Assembly: GCA_017463565.1 (NCBI GenBank) | Contig: JAFTOZ010000004.1 | Coordinates: 1 to 56,839, forward strand | Length of the DNA: 56,839 nucleotides | Direction of reading: 5' to 3' | Source: Clostridia bacterium | GTDB lineage: Bacteria > Bacillota > Clostridia > Christensenellales > CAG-1252 | Shown here: positions 45,641 through 54,799 of the stretch, in pieces | Layout: each line of letters starts with the position of its first letter | Numbering within the stretch: the stretch's first letter is position 1 | Translations under genes and position numbers: made by a program | The notes under the pieces: generated by a model | Seen by the model: only the letters and a program-made list of their open reading frames with translations | The model's database searches: none | What the model was told of the DNA's origin: nothing

Positions 45641-47128
45641 ATGGAAGAACAATTGATCACAAACGTAGAAGTGGACGAGGCGGAAGCCAAGCGTGTCCGC
45701 AAGGAAAAGTTGGACGGACTGGTCTCTGCCGGTCAGGATCCATTCACGATCACCGCGTTTGACAAAACGCATCTTTCTGCACAAATCAAGGCAGACTACG
45801 ACAGCCTGGAAGGGCAGACCGTACGCCTGGCAGGCCGTATGATCGGCAAGCGCATCATGGGCAAGGCCAGTTTTGCGCACCTTTTGGACGGCGAAGGCAC
45901 CCTGCAGTTTTACGTGCGCCGCGACGATATCGGCGAGGAAGAATACCGCGCCTTCAAACAAATGGATATCGGTGACATCGTAGGTATCGAGGGCTTTGTC
46001 TTCAAGACCAAGACGGAGGAGATCAGCGTTCACGTGCAACGCCTGGTATTGCTCGCTAAGAGCCTGTTGCCCCTGCCCGAGAAGTACCACGGCCTGCGCG
46101 ATACCGACTTGCGCTATCGCCAACGCTACGTAGACTTGATTGCCAACCCCGAGGTCAAAAATACCTTTGTGTTGCGCTCCCGTATCATCACCGAAATCCG
46201 CCGTATGCTCAACGAAGAGGGCTTCATCGAGGTGGAGACCCCCATTCTCAACACCGTCGCAGGTGGCGCTACGGCACGTCCCTTCATCACCCACCACAAC
46301 ACGCTGGATATCGATATGTACCTGCGTATTGCGCCCGAACTGTACCTCAAGCGTCTGATTGTGGGCGGATTCGAAAAGGTCTACGAAATCGGCCGTTTGT
46401 TCCGCAACGAGGGTATGGACGTCACCCACAACCCCGAGTTTACCACCATCGAGTTGTACCAAGCATACGTGGACTTCAACGCCATGATGGACATCAGCGA
46501 GCGTATCTTCCACAACATTGCCAAGAACGTGTTGCACGCCGACAATATCACCTACCAAGGCACCGAGCTGCAGATCGCCGGCAAGTGGAAACGCCAAAGC
46601 ATGAACGACGCCGTGTTGGAGTATACCGGTGTGGACTGTCTGTCTTTGGACGTACAGGGTATCTACGATGCCTGCCGCGAAAAGGGCTTGGAGTTGGAGC
46701 CGGGTCTCAGCTGGGGCAAAGCAATGGCAGCGCTGTTCGACACCTACGTCGAAGAAAACCTTATTCAACCCGTGTTCATCTACGACTATCCCGTGGAGAT
46801 CTCGCCCTTGGCGAAGAAGAAGCCCAGCGATCCCCGCTTGACCGAGCGCTTCGAAATCTTCATCGTGGGTCACGAGTTTGGCAACGCCTTCTCCGAGTTG
46901 AACGACCCCATCGACCAACGCGAGCGCTTTATGGCGCAAGCACGTGCGCGCGCAGGCGGCGACGAAGAGGCACAAATGATGGACGACGACTACGTCACCG
47001 CTCTGGAGTACGGTTTGCCCCCAACGGGCGGCCTGGGAATCGGTATCGACCGAATGGTCATGCTGTTCACCGACAACTACAGCATTCGCGACGTACTGTT
47101 GTTCCCCACCATGAAACCCCGCAAGTAG
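45641..47128 (+). CDS. lysS: lysine--tRNA ligase (class II)
   Basis: RYRQRYVDL, FIEVETP, LYLRIAPELYLKRL and GLGIGIDR motifs. Classic greA-lysS synteny. Confidence 0.93.
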   Translation: MEEQLITNVEVDEAEAKRVRKEKLDGLVSAGQDPFTITAFDKTHLSAQIKADYDSLEGQTVRLAGRMIGKRIMGKASFAHLLDGEGTLQFYVRRDDIGEEEYRAFKQMDIGDIVGIEGFVFKTKTEEISVHVQRLVLLAKSLLPLPEKYHGLRDTDLRYRQRYVDLIANPEVKNTFVLRSRIITEIRRMLNEEGFIEVETPILNTVAGGATARPFITHHNTLDIDMYLRIAPELYLKRLIVGGFEKVYEIGRLFRNEGMDVTHNPEFTTIELYQAYVDFNAMMDISERIFHNIAKNVLHADNITYQGTELQIAGKWKRQSMNDAVLEYTGVDCLSLDVQGIYDACREKGLELEPGLSWGKAMAALFDTYVEENLIQPVFIYDYPVEISPLAKKKPSDPRLTERFEIFIVGHEFGNAFSELNDPIDQRERFMAQARARAGGDEEAQMMDDDYVTALEYGLPPTGGLGIGIDRMVMLFTDNYSIRDVLLFPTMKPRK

Positions 47129-47181
47129 TCGAATCGGCCAAAACAAACCGAATAGAGCAAAAGCAAATCGAACAAAAACCA

Positions 47182-47216
47182 AAGAGGTTGGCTCCTACCA
47201 ACCTCTTTTTTGTTTT
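47182..47216 (+). terminator. rho-independent terminator after lysS
   Basis: AAGAGGTTGG-loop-CCAACCTCTT (10-bp stem) followed by a T-run. Confidence 0.85.
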
Positions 47217-47233
47217 CCCCCCTCACATACCCC

Positions 47234-47257
47234 CACAAAACACCCCTATTGTCAAAC
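47234..47257 (+). repeat. left copy of the 24-bp direct repeat flanking the rhs cassette
   Basis: CACAAAACACCCCTATTGTCAAAC, identical to 52146..52169. Confidence 0.9.
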
Positions 47258-47277
47258 CGTATCAATACGTGTATAAT
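47249..47277 (+). promoter_or_regulatory. candidate promoter of the rhs gene
   Basis: TTGTCA (47249..47254, inside the direct repeat), 17-nt spacer, TATAAT (47272..47277). Confidence 0.5.
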
Positions 47278-47339
47278 ATATTTGTACCCACCCGCGTGTG
47301 GCGCGAGGGGTACTAATAATATTTGAGGAGGAAAAGAAG

Positions 47340-50300
47340 ATGAGCGAAAACTTTAATAAGAAGTGTAATGCAGGAAGTATAGTGTTGGCATCTCCATATT
47401 TTGAATACGTGTATAGTTTACCACTCGTTTCTTTTGGCGACGCAAAAGGTTCGGTAGAGCTAGGCATCGTATACAACTCCCAATTGGCTTCGTCCAATCT
47501 CTTTAACATAGCCAACGGCTTCAAACTGAATCTACAAAAGAAGCTAATTTTCAACAACGGCAAAGTTTCCCATATCATAGACTCCAACGGATTGCAAATC
47601 GCGTGTAACGAAGCAACGAACGGTGCAAACAACTACGGCCAACGCGCCTACGCCCTGAACGATGAGTCCCACCGTATTTTGCGCCAAACGGAAGACGGCT
47701 ACGAACTGGAATATCCCGACTATAGCAAAGAGCTGTTCAATGCTAACGGCGATATCGTCAGCAGCTACGACAAATATGGCGTTCAGATTTTAGATTTTGG
47801 CTATTCGACTGGTACCACGCCTGTCCTGACGACAATTACATACAGACCTGCATTAGGTGCGACATACAAAAAGCTAACTCTATCCTACAATGAGAACGAC
47901 TTCATAAGCATTGCATATTCTGCGCTAAAAGAAGACGGCACGGATTACTTTTCATTGATTGCAGTGGTTTCATTTTTTACTGATGGTGTTAGAATTTATC
48001 ATTATTCCAATGTTGAGTATCTCATTTATAAGGAAGGTTCCGAATTTATAGCAACTGCCTCGACTGGCATTAACAATCTATCGGTGGATGTTTCGGAAGT
48101 AAAGTGTACCGAAACCGAAAACAAGTATGTTGTTCAGAGCTTGGAATATGGAAAAGTCAAAGATTCCGTCACCTATGAAGCACGGCAAATGACAACCGAC
48201 GGCACAGAACTCCTTGTTTTGGACCAAACGGACTTTCACGGTGTTATCACGCGTGTGCAGTACAAGGACCACATGCCGACCTACTCATACGAAATGCTGG
48301 CTGATGAAAGCGCTATGTTCAACGCCCAGGAAAAGTATATCGGTACGGTACAGGTCCAAGAAAAGCGCGGTGTAAGCGGCGCCGTGATCCACGGTTTGGG
48401 GCGTTCCTTCATATGTACACTTCCAACGATGGATATGCGTGTTCGAATATTCCCAGACGACACGCCGAGTTCGGTCTATACCGGAGAGGCGGTTTTGACC
48501 GGCTGGATACGCAGCTCAGAGGTAACTAATTATACACTCTACGTCAAAGAGGTACCGCACCAAATACAGATAGATTGTATTAATACCTGGCTATTCTTTG
48601 CGATACCGTATTTTAACGACGAGCGCTACATTGATTTGCGGCGTACTTTCTCTAACCCTGTGGAATTATGCGGAACGGCGGTATATATGCTAGACCGTCA
48701 TTTGCGTAGGGATACCGCAAGCGTTGTGAACTTTGATAGCATGGTTGGATACAATTTTGACGATGTTACGTTCATGAATGAAATCGACGGCCAACCGGAT
48801 GTATCGGGTTGCGTGGCTAGCTTCGAGGATATCCAACGGTATTTTATCGCTCGCAAAAAGGGACGTACAAACGAGTTTTACTATAACAACGGTCGTAGCC
48901 TCATCACCAATGCCGACACAATTAAGATACGTGTTGTTTTTGTCGATAACGAAGGGTCGACACACTATCAATACGCCCTGCTTTCGCAGTTTTCCGAGAT
49001 AGCAAAATCAACCTCGTTCCAGACGGACAATCGAACTGTGCGCTATATCTTCAATTACGCCCAACATTTTATGGTGGAGGAGCGACCCATAGGTACCACG
49101 CAAAAAACGCTTGTCTATCACTACGATTCCTATCTTGATCTGGTGAGCGCAATATCTCGCACCCAGACACTAGGCGCACCGATAGAAATACCCTTGGAGT
49201 CCTACACAAGAAACAGCCTGGGTTTGGTAACGAGTCACACGCAAGGGGCAGATATAGTACGAAGTTATACTTACGATAACAACTGCACTTGCATACAGTA
49301 CGAAACCGACGAATTTGGCGCAGTCACAAACTACACAACGGATGCCGTATGGGGGCAGATTGTTGCGGCAGATGTCTCTACGCTCGCGAAAAGTAATGCT
49401 GAGTACACCGCCGACGGAAAGGATTTGGAGGTGGCTACTTTTGGCGTAGGTACTAATACCACTTCTAACACCGTAACCTACGCAGATGGAAACGTATCGA
49501 CTGTGAAGTCCGGCGGCATCACATATGGCTTTGGATATACCGACAACGACCTGACAGCCATCAGCAAAAACGGAGTTACACTCAAGAGTATATCCTATGA
49601 CACCAACAACTACCGTACTGCCACAGTAACCAGTCCAACCTCGGCAAACGTAAGCTACGTCAAAACGCGTACGGTAGATAACTATGGTCGAGAGTTACTG
49701 GTAGCAGGTTACCGCGAAAACACCTACGCCCTCTATCCAAGTTTTGATTCAACCGGCGCTCACGTTAACCTGGGGGACGGCAAAGGGAGCAACCGTCTTA
49801 GCCGTACTAAGGATTTGACAAACAACAGAGAAACGTTGTTTGGCACGCTAAATGCTACCCAACAGAAAACCGTGACAATGAGTGGCACAACCACGGTTGA
49901 CGCAACCGTTGTCACGCAAGACGTAAGCGGTAGACCAACTTCACGTGTATATGCACGCGGTGACGCTCTCTCTATTCAGGAATCTATGACCTACGCCACA
50001 GGCGTACAGACGTGGGAGACGGATTCGCGTATTTTATCGCATCAGTATAAGATAGGCGAGCAGGACGTTGTATCAACAGCCATATCCTACGACGACCTCA
50101 AGCGTCCCACCCAAAAGACGCATACCGTAAACAGCATACCCTTCCGCAAGACGTTAACCTACAACCGAAGCAGGGTTCGTTCCGTCATAGACAGCAAGGA
50201 TACCTCCACCGTAGCCCACACCTCGTACGTCTACAATTCCCTGGGTAGGATATTCAGCGAAACTGAGAACGTATCCGGCAAAACTACTACCTATAAGTAT

Positions 50301-51725
50301 GATATACTGGGCCGTTTGACACGCGAAAACAATCAGGCACTCAACAAGACGTATCGGTATACCTACGACGCCGCAGGCAACGTGACCCAAAAGCAAACGT
50401 ACGCCTATACGACAGTGGTGACCCTGCCCGAAACGGCAGAGACCACAGAAACATTTGCGTACGATTCTGTCCACCCCGACAGACTGTCTGCCTACAACGG
50501 TACCTCGCTGACCTATGACCAACAGGGTTGCCCCACTTCACTCAACGGCAAGACTCTCACTTGGACCAAAGGAAAACTTACCCGAGTTTCTTCTACCAAC
50601 GCACAGGGTACAACGACGTATAGCTTTACCTACGATGGATACGGTCGCCGAGTCAATAAGGCCTATAACTTTGTACGCTCCTTTAGTGCGCCGTTAGTAC
50701 CCGACGCTGTTCGTTCCGAGTCCACAGACTTTGTCTATGACCACGCCGGTAGATTAGTGCAGGAGACCAAGACGCGTACCTTGTTCAACAACGCGTCTTC
50801 ACAATATGTGGTAACCTACCTCTATGATGAATTCTCTATTGTTGGTATGAGCTACAATGGAGTGGACTACTACTTCCAACGCAACCTGCAGGGGGACGTA
50901 GTGGGCGTGTATGACAATACCGGTACCAAAGTCGTCACCTTCCAATACGATGCGTACGGAAACTGCACTGCCTCCGGAGGTTCACTTCTGAACTTCTGCC
51001 ATATCCGCTACCGCGGATACTATTATGATGCAGAAACGGAACTCTACTGGGTAACCACACGGTACTATTCCCCTGCACTCTGCCGTTGGATTTCACCTGA
51101 CTCAATCGAATATTTAGATCCAGAAAGAATTAACGGGTTGAATTTATATGCGTACTGTGGGAATGATCCAGTTAATTATGTTGACCCATCAGGTAATTTA
51201 CCATTTTTCATATTAACAGCAATTATTGGTGCTGTTATTGGAGTGGGAATTACAGCTGCTGTAGACTATATTCCTGATAAAGAATTTAATTTACACTGGG
51301 GTTGGTATGTAGGAGCAGGAGCCTTGGGAGCGGCAATTGGTGCTGGTATTGGAATGGCAGTATCATATTATGCTACAGGAAGTATTGCTTCATCCACAGG
51401 AAACGTATTTGCAAGTCTATTCAAAAGCACTTCACTATATCGTTCGGTCGGTCCCGACGAATTGGCTGATTTAAAAGCAATTGGTAAGTTTAGGCAAGGT
51501 CCAAATAGTATGGAAGGTAAATTCTTTGCAAATTCAAAAAAAGGAGCGATGAAATGGGGAGAAAGTTTTAGCCAATCGAGTTATATTAAAATTAGAGTTC
51601 CTAAGAGTTCGTTATCAAATGTATCAGTTAACGCAATGAAGCATTTAGATGCTATTGATGATGCGTTTTACTTCTCTGATTTAGGATATTTAAATTCAAT
51701 TGCTGGAAAAATCTGGTTCTTGTAG
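47340..51725 (+). CDS. RHS/YD-repeat polymorphic toxin
   Basis: Part of ORF 47298..51725. Start placed at Met 47340, behind GAGGAGGAAAAG. Many YD repeats (YTYDAAGNVTQ, YKYDILGRLTRE, FTYDGYGRRVNK, FVYDHAGRLVQE, FQYDAYGN). Core end is RYYSPALCRWISPD...YAYCGNDPVNYVDPSG, followed by a variable ~175-aa tip. Confidence 0.9.
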   Translation: MSENFNKKCNAGSIVLASPYFEYVYSLPLVSFGDAKGSVELGIVYNSQLASSNLFNIANGFKLNLQKKLIFNNGKVSHIIDSNGLQIACNEATNGANNYGQRAYALNDESHRILRQTEDGYELEYPDYSKELFNANGDIVSSYDKYGVQILDFGYSTGTTPVLTTITYRPALGATYKKLTLSYNENDFISIAYSALKEDGTDYFSLIAVVSFFTDGVRIYHYSNVEYLIYKEGSEFIATASTGINNLSVDVSEVKCTETENKYVVQSLEYGKVKDSVTYEARQMTTDGTELLVLDQTDFHGVITRVQYKDHMPTYSYEMLADESAMFNAQEKYIGTVQVQEKRGVSGAVIHGLGRSFICTLPTMDMRVRIFPDDTPSSVYTGEAVLTGWIRSSEVTNYTLYVKEVPHQIQIDCINTWLFFAIPYFNDERYIDLRRTFSNPVELCGTAVYMLDRHLRRDTASVVNFDSMVGYNFDDVTFMNEIDGQPDVSGCVASFEDIQRYFIARKKGRTNEFYYNNGRSLITNADTIKIRVVFVDNEGSTHYQYALLSQFSEIAKSTSFQTDNRTVRYIFNYAQHFMVEERPIGTTQKTLVYHYDSYLDLVSAISRTQTLGAPIEIPLESYTRNSLGLVTSHTQGADIVRSYTYDNNCTCIQYETDEFGAVTNYTTDAVWGQIVAADVSTLAKSNAEYTADGKDLEVATFGVGTNTTSNTVTYADGNVSTVKSGGITYGFGYTDNDLTAISKNGVTLKSISYDTNNYRTATVTSPTSANVSYVKTRTVDNYGRELLVAGYRENTYALYPSFDSTGAHVNLGDGKGSNRLSRTKDLTNNRETLFGTLNATQQKTVTMSGTTTVDATVVTQDVSGRPTSRVYARGDALSIQESMTYATGVQTWETDSRILSHQYKIGEQDVVSTAISYDDLKRPTQKTHTVNSIPFRKTLTYNRSRVRSVIDSKDTSTVAHTSYVYNSLGRIFSETENVSGKTTTYKYDILGRLTRENNQALNKTYRYTYDAAGNVTQKQTYAYTTVVTLPETAETTETFAYDSVHPDRLSAYNGTSLTYDQQGCPTSLNGKTLTWTKGKLTRVSSTNAQGTTTYSFTYDGYGRRVNKAYNFVRSFSAPLVPDAVRSESTDFVYDHAGRLVQETKTRTLFNNASSQYVVTYLYDEFSIVGMSYNGVDYYFQRNLQGDVVGVYDNTGTKVVTFQYDAYGNCTASGGSLLNFCHIRYRGYYYDAETELYWVTTRYYSPALCRWISPDSIEYLDPERINGLNLYAYCGNDPVNYVDPSGNLPFFILTAIIGAVIGVGITAAVDYIPDKEFNLHWGWYVGAGALGAAIGAGIGMAVSYYATGSIASSTGNVFASLFKSTSLYRSVGPDELADLKAIGKFRQGPNSMEGKFFANSKKGAMKWGESFSQSSYIKIRVPKSSLSNVSVNAMKHLDAIDDAFYFSDLGYLNSIAGKIWFL

Positions 51726-51737
51726 GAGGCAATACAA

Positions 51738-52028
51738 ATGAATTATATTGCAGAAATTAAATGGCTAAAACCAGAAGAGGGTGGTAGAGAAACGGAAGCT
51801 CCCTTTAATAGTGATAAATATGGACCACAAATAAGGTTTGATGGTCTTAAGGGATCATGGAGCTTAATTGTTTGTAATTACCAAAAACTAGGTGCGTTTA
51901 GAACATTAGCTAAAGTTCATTATCTAAACAAAATAGATGCACCTAATAACTTGAAAATAGGTTTAGAGTTTGATCTGTATGAAGGTGTTAAAAAGGTTGC
52001 TCATGGAGAAATTATAGACATAATTTAA
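51738..52028 (+). CDS. candidate cognate immunity protein, EF-Tu domain-III-like beta-barrel
   Basis: 96-aa ORF, 12 nt after the rhs stop, behind AGGAGG. AT-rich like the toxin tip. LKPEEGGRETEAPF...YGPQIRF and GLEFDLYEGVKKVAHGEI resemble EF-Tu domain III. Confidence 0.7.
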   Translation: MNYIAEIKWLKPEEGGRETEAPFNSDKYGPQIRFDGLKGSWSLIVCNYQKLGAFRTLAKVHYLNKIDAPNNLKIGLEFDLYEGVKKVAHGEIIDII

Positions 52029-52100
52029 ATATCACAGACATGCAAGAGTGTAACTATCTAAACAGGAAGTTGCATATCTTCCCCTCACTCAAACCAAACA

Positions 52101-52129
52101 AAAACCGACTGCAACCAGTCGGTTTTTTC
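52101..52129 (+). terminator. rho-independent terminator after the immunity gene
   Basis: CCGACT-GCAACC-AGTCGG followed by T6. Confidence 0.7.
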
Positions 52130-52145
52130 TTGGCTCGGTAGAAGG

Positions 52146-52169
52146 CACAAAACACCCCTATTGTCAAAC
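52146..52169 (+). repeat. right copy of the 24-bp direct repeat flanking the rhs cassette
   Basis: CACAAAACACCCCTATTGTCAAAC, identical to 47234..47257. Confidence 0.9.
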
Positions 52170-52243
52170 TACACAAAAAAGGGTTTAAAAAATGAAAAAC
52201 AAAATTAAAATATCAGATTTTAGTAACCGCACATACTGCGGAC

Positions 52244-52273
52244 AATAAAAAAGACCTCGGTTGCCCGAGGTCT
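52244..52273 (-). terminator. rho-independent terminator of gap
   Basis: AGACCTCGG-TTGC-CCGAGGTCT stem, with a T-run on the minus strand. Confidence 0.8.
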
Positions 52274-52288
52274 TTTGTTTTACTTGTC

Positions 52289-53353
52289 TTACAGAAGTTC
52301 TGCAAAGTGCTTAATGGTACGCACCATTTGGCTGGTGTAGCTGTTCTCGTTGTCGTACCAGCTGACTACCTGCACTTGATAGGTGTCGTCGTCGATCTTA
52401 GCAACCATAGTTTGGGTAGCATCGAACAAGGAACCGTAGGTCATGCCAACCACGTCGGAAGAAACGATTTGGTCGGTGTTGTAGCCAAAGCTCTCGTTGC
52501 TAGCAGCCTTCATAGCAGCGTTGATTCCGTCCACGGTCACGTTTTGACCCTTCACCACAGCGATCAGGATGGTGGTGGAACCGGTAGCGGTGGGCACACG
52601 TTGAGCAGCGCCGATCAACTTGCCGTTCAACTCGGGGATAACCAGACCGATAGCCTTAGCAGCGCCGGTGGAGTTGGGAACGATGTTCATAGCGCCGGCT
52701 CTGGAACGACGCAGATCGCCCTTACGTTGGGGACCGTCCAGGATCATTTGGTCACCGGTGTATGCGTGCACGGTGGTCATGATACCGCTTTGGATGGGAG
52801 CGTAGTCGTTGAGGGCCTTAGCCATGGGAGCCAAGCAGTTGGTGGTGCAAGAAGCGGCCGAAATGATGTTGTCCTCAGAGGTGAGGATGTCGTGGTTCAC
52901 GTTGAACACTACGGTGGGCAGGTCGTTGCCAGCGGGAGCGGAGATAACAACCTTCTTAGCGCCAGCGTCGATGTGAGCTTGAGCCTTAGCCTTGCTGGTA
53001 TAGAAACCGGTGCACTCCAGCACAACGTCTACCTTCAGCTTCTTCCAGGGCAGTTCCTTAGCAGCAGCCTTAGCGTAGATGGTGATCTCTTGACCGTCCA
53101 CGATGATAGCGCCGGAGGTAACCACAGTCTTGCCGTCCTCGGCCAAGATGGGATCCTTGTAGTCCACGGTGTGACCGCTGCGAACGTAGTTGCCTTGCAT
53201 GGTATCATACTTCAACAGGTGAGCCAGCATTTTGGGGCTGGTGAGGTCGTTGATGGCGACTACCTTGTAGCCTTTCGCACCAAACATTTGTCTGAAAGCC
53301 AGACGACCGATACGACCGAAACCGTTGATTGCAACTCTTACATTTCTTGCCAT
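52289..53353 (-). CDS. gap: type I glyceraldehyde-3-phosphate dehydrogenase
   Basis: [12 protein letters not shown]-binding motif and the active site SCTTNCLAP. Confidence 0.93.
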   Translation of the reverse strand: MARNVRVAINGFGRIGRLAFRQMFGAKGYKVVAINDLTSPKMLAHLLKYDTMQGNYVRSGHTVDYKDPILAEDGKTVVTSGAIIVDGQEITIYAKAAAKELPWKKLKVDVVLECTGFYTSKAKAQAHIDAGAKKVVISAPAGNDLPTVVFNVNHDILTSEDNIISAASCTTNCLAPMAKALNDYAPIQSGIMTTVHAYTGDQMILDGPQRKGDLRRSRAGAMNIVPNSTGAAKAIGLVIPELNGKLIGAAQRVPTATGSTTILIAVVKGQNVTVDGINAAMKAASNESFGYNTDQIVSSDVVGMTYGSLFDATQTMVAKIDDDTYQVQVVSWYDNENSYTSQMVRTIKHFAELL

Positions 53354-53542
53354 AAATTATATCCTCCATTTGAATAATTTGTTTTCTCGTTAATTGGCCC
53401 GATTCGGACCATTGTCATTGTACAACAAACCCCTGCTATTTGCAAGCAGTTTTTCACACTATCCACAGCCATGTTTTCACTCTTTTTTGAATATTTATTC
53501 AAATTTGCCCGTTTTTGCCCCTTTTTTGCTCTCAAAATACAG

Positions 53543-53576
53543 AAAAACCGCGCAGGGCAGAGGGCCTTGCGCGGTT
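53543..53576 (-). terminator. rho-independent terminator
   Basis: AACCGCGCA ... TGCGCGGTT stem, with a T-run on the minus strand. Lies 28 nt past the stop at 53604. Confidence 0.7.
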
Positions 53577-53603
53577 GGGCTAAACTGTCTTTTGAGGGCG
53601 AGA

Positions 53604-54719
53604 CTATGCGCGCTCCCAGGGGAAGACGTACTTCGTCAAACCCAGCTCGTCGCGCACCTTGCTCATTTCCTTTTGCACAGCCTCGTTGATGGGCACGCCG
53701 CTGTCTTTGCGTGCTTGCCACACCAAATATTCCTTCTCGCCGGCAGAGTAGATATGGTCTGCGCCGGGAGCCTTGCGGCTGGCACGTACCGAGCGGATAA
53801 TGTCGCCGGCCTTCTTGCGGCAGGCAGCCTCACCCATAAAGTGCTCGGTGTCGATGGCAATAAAGAAGTGACCCAGGTGATAGGGGCGAATGTTGCCGTC
53901 TGCGTCCTTGCCGTTGAGGTCCTTGCCGTAGATACCGTCTGCCAGTGCCGCCGACAAAATCTCAACCACCATAGCGTAGCCGTAGCCCTTGTAGCCGCCC
54001 AGCGCCTCGCCGATACCGCCCAGAGTAGTCAGGGCAGCCGTGCCGTTGCGGATCTTCTTCAGCGCAACACCTGCATCTCCCTCTACGGGGTTGCCGTCCA
54101 GGTCCACGATGGTGCCGGGGTGCACGTCCTCACCAATGCGCTCGTAATATTCTACCTTGCCGTTTTGGGTGATAGAGGTAGCGCAGTCCAGGTTGAAATC
54201 AAACTCCTCGTCGGTAGGAATGCCAATGGTCAGGGGGTTAGTACCAAACATACCCTCAACGCCCCAAGTGGGAGCCACAGAGGGACGGGCGTTGGTGCCC
54301 GTGATACCAATGCAACCGTGCTTGGTAGCCATGGTAGCGTAGTAACCGGCGATACCGTAGTGGCAACTGTTGCGCACGGCAACCATACCCATACCGTACT
54401 TCTTGGCTTTGGTGATTGCCAACATCATCGCCTTATAGCCAATCACTTGGCCCATACCGTCGTGGCCGTCCACAACTGCGGTGGTGGGGGTCTCACGTAC
54501 GATCTCAAAATTAGTCACAGGGTTTTGGATGCCTGCATTGATGCGGTCGATATAGATGGGCTTAAAGCGGTTGCAGCCGTGCGACTCAATGCCGCGCTTG
54601 TCCGACTCCAACAGCACGTCGGTACAAATCTCTGCGTCCTCGCGGGGAACACCCACGCCAACGAATGCGTCCGTAATAAAATCGTAAGCAGTTTTCCAAT
54701 CCAAATTCATTTTAGGCAT
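53604..54719 (-). CDS. Ldh_2-family (malate/L-lactate/ureidoglycolate-type) oxidoreductase
   Basis: Part of ORF 53604..55085. Start placed at Met 54719, behind AAGGAG. Contains SDKRGIESHGCNRF, HYGIAGYY and GTNPL. The 122-codon upstream extension is Arg/Gly-rich junk. Confidence 0.8.
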   Translation of the reverse strand: MPKMNLDWKTAYDFITDAFVGVGVPREDAEICTDVLLESDKRGIESHGCNRFKPIYIDRINAGIQNPVTNFEIVRETPTTAVVDGHDGMGQVIGYKAMMLAITKAKKYGMGMVAVRNSCHYGIAGYYATMATKHGCIGITGTNARPSVAPTWGVEGMFGTNPLTIGIPTDEEFDFNLDCATSITQNGKVEYYERIGEDVHPGTIVDLDGNPVEGDAGVALKKIRNGTAALTTLGGIGEALGGYKGYGYAMVVEILSAALADGIYGKDLNGKDADGNIRPYHLGHFFIAIDTEHFMGEAACRKKAGDIIRSVRASRKAPGADHIYSAGEKEYLVWQARKDSGVPINEAVQKEMSKVRDELGLTKYVFPWERA

Positions 54720-54799
54720 AGTCCAATCTCCTTGTAGAAAAAAAAGTGGTACTAACATAGTACCACCAATCAGCGCCTCTGTCAATGCGCGTTTCAAAA

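Noticed and set aside
52192-52248. 18-codon mini-ORF (MKNKIKISDFSNRTYCGQ) after the right-hand 24-bp repeat.
   Set aside because: No convincing Shine-Dalgarno, very short, and AT-rich. It could be chance. It is mentioned only as context for the direct-repeat finding.
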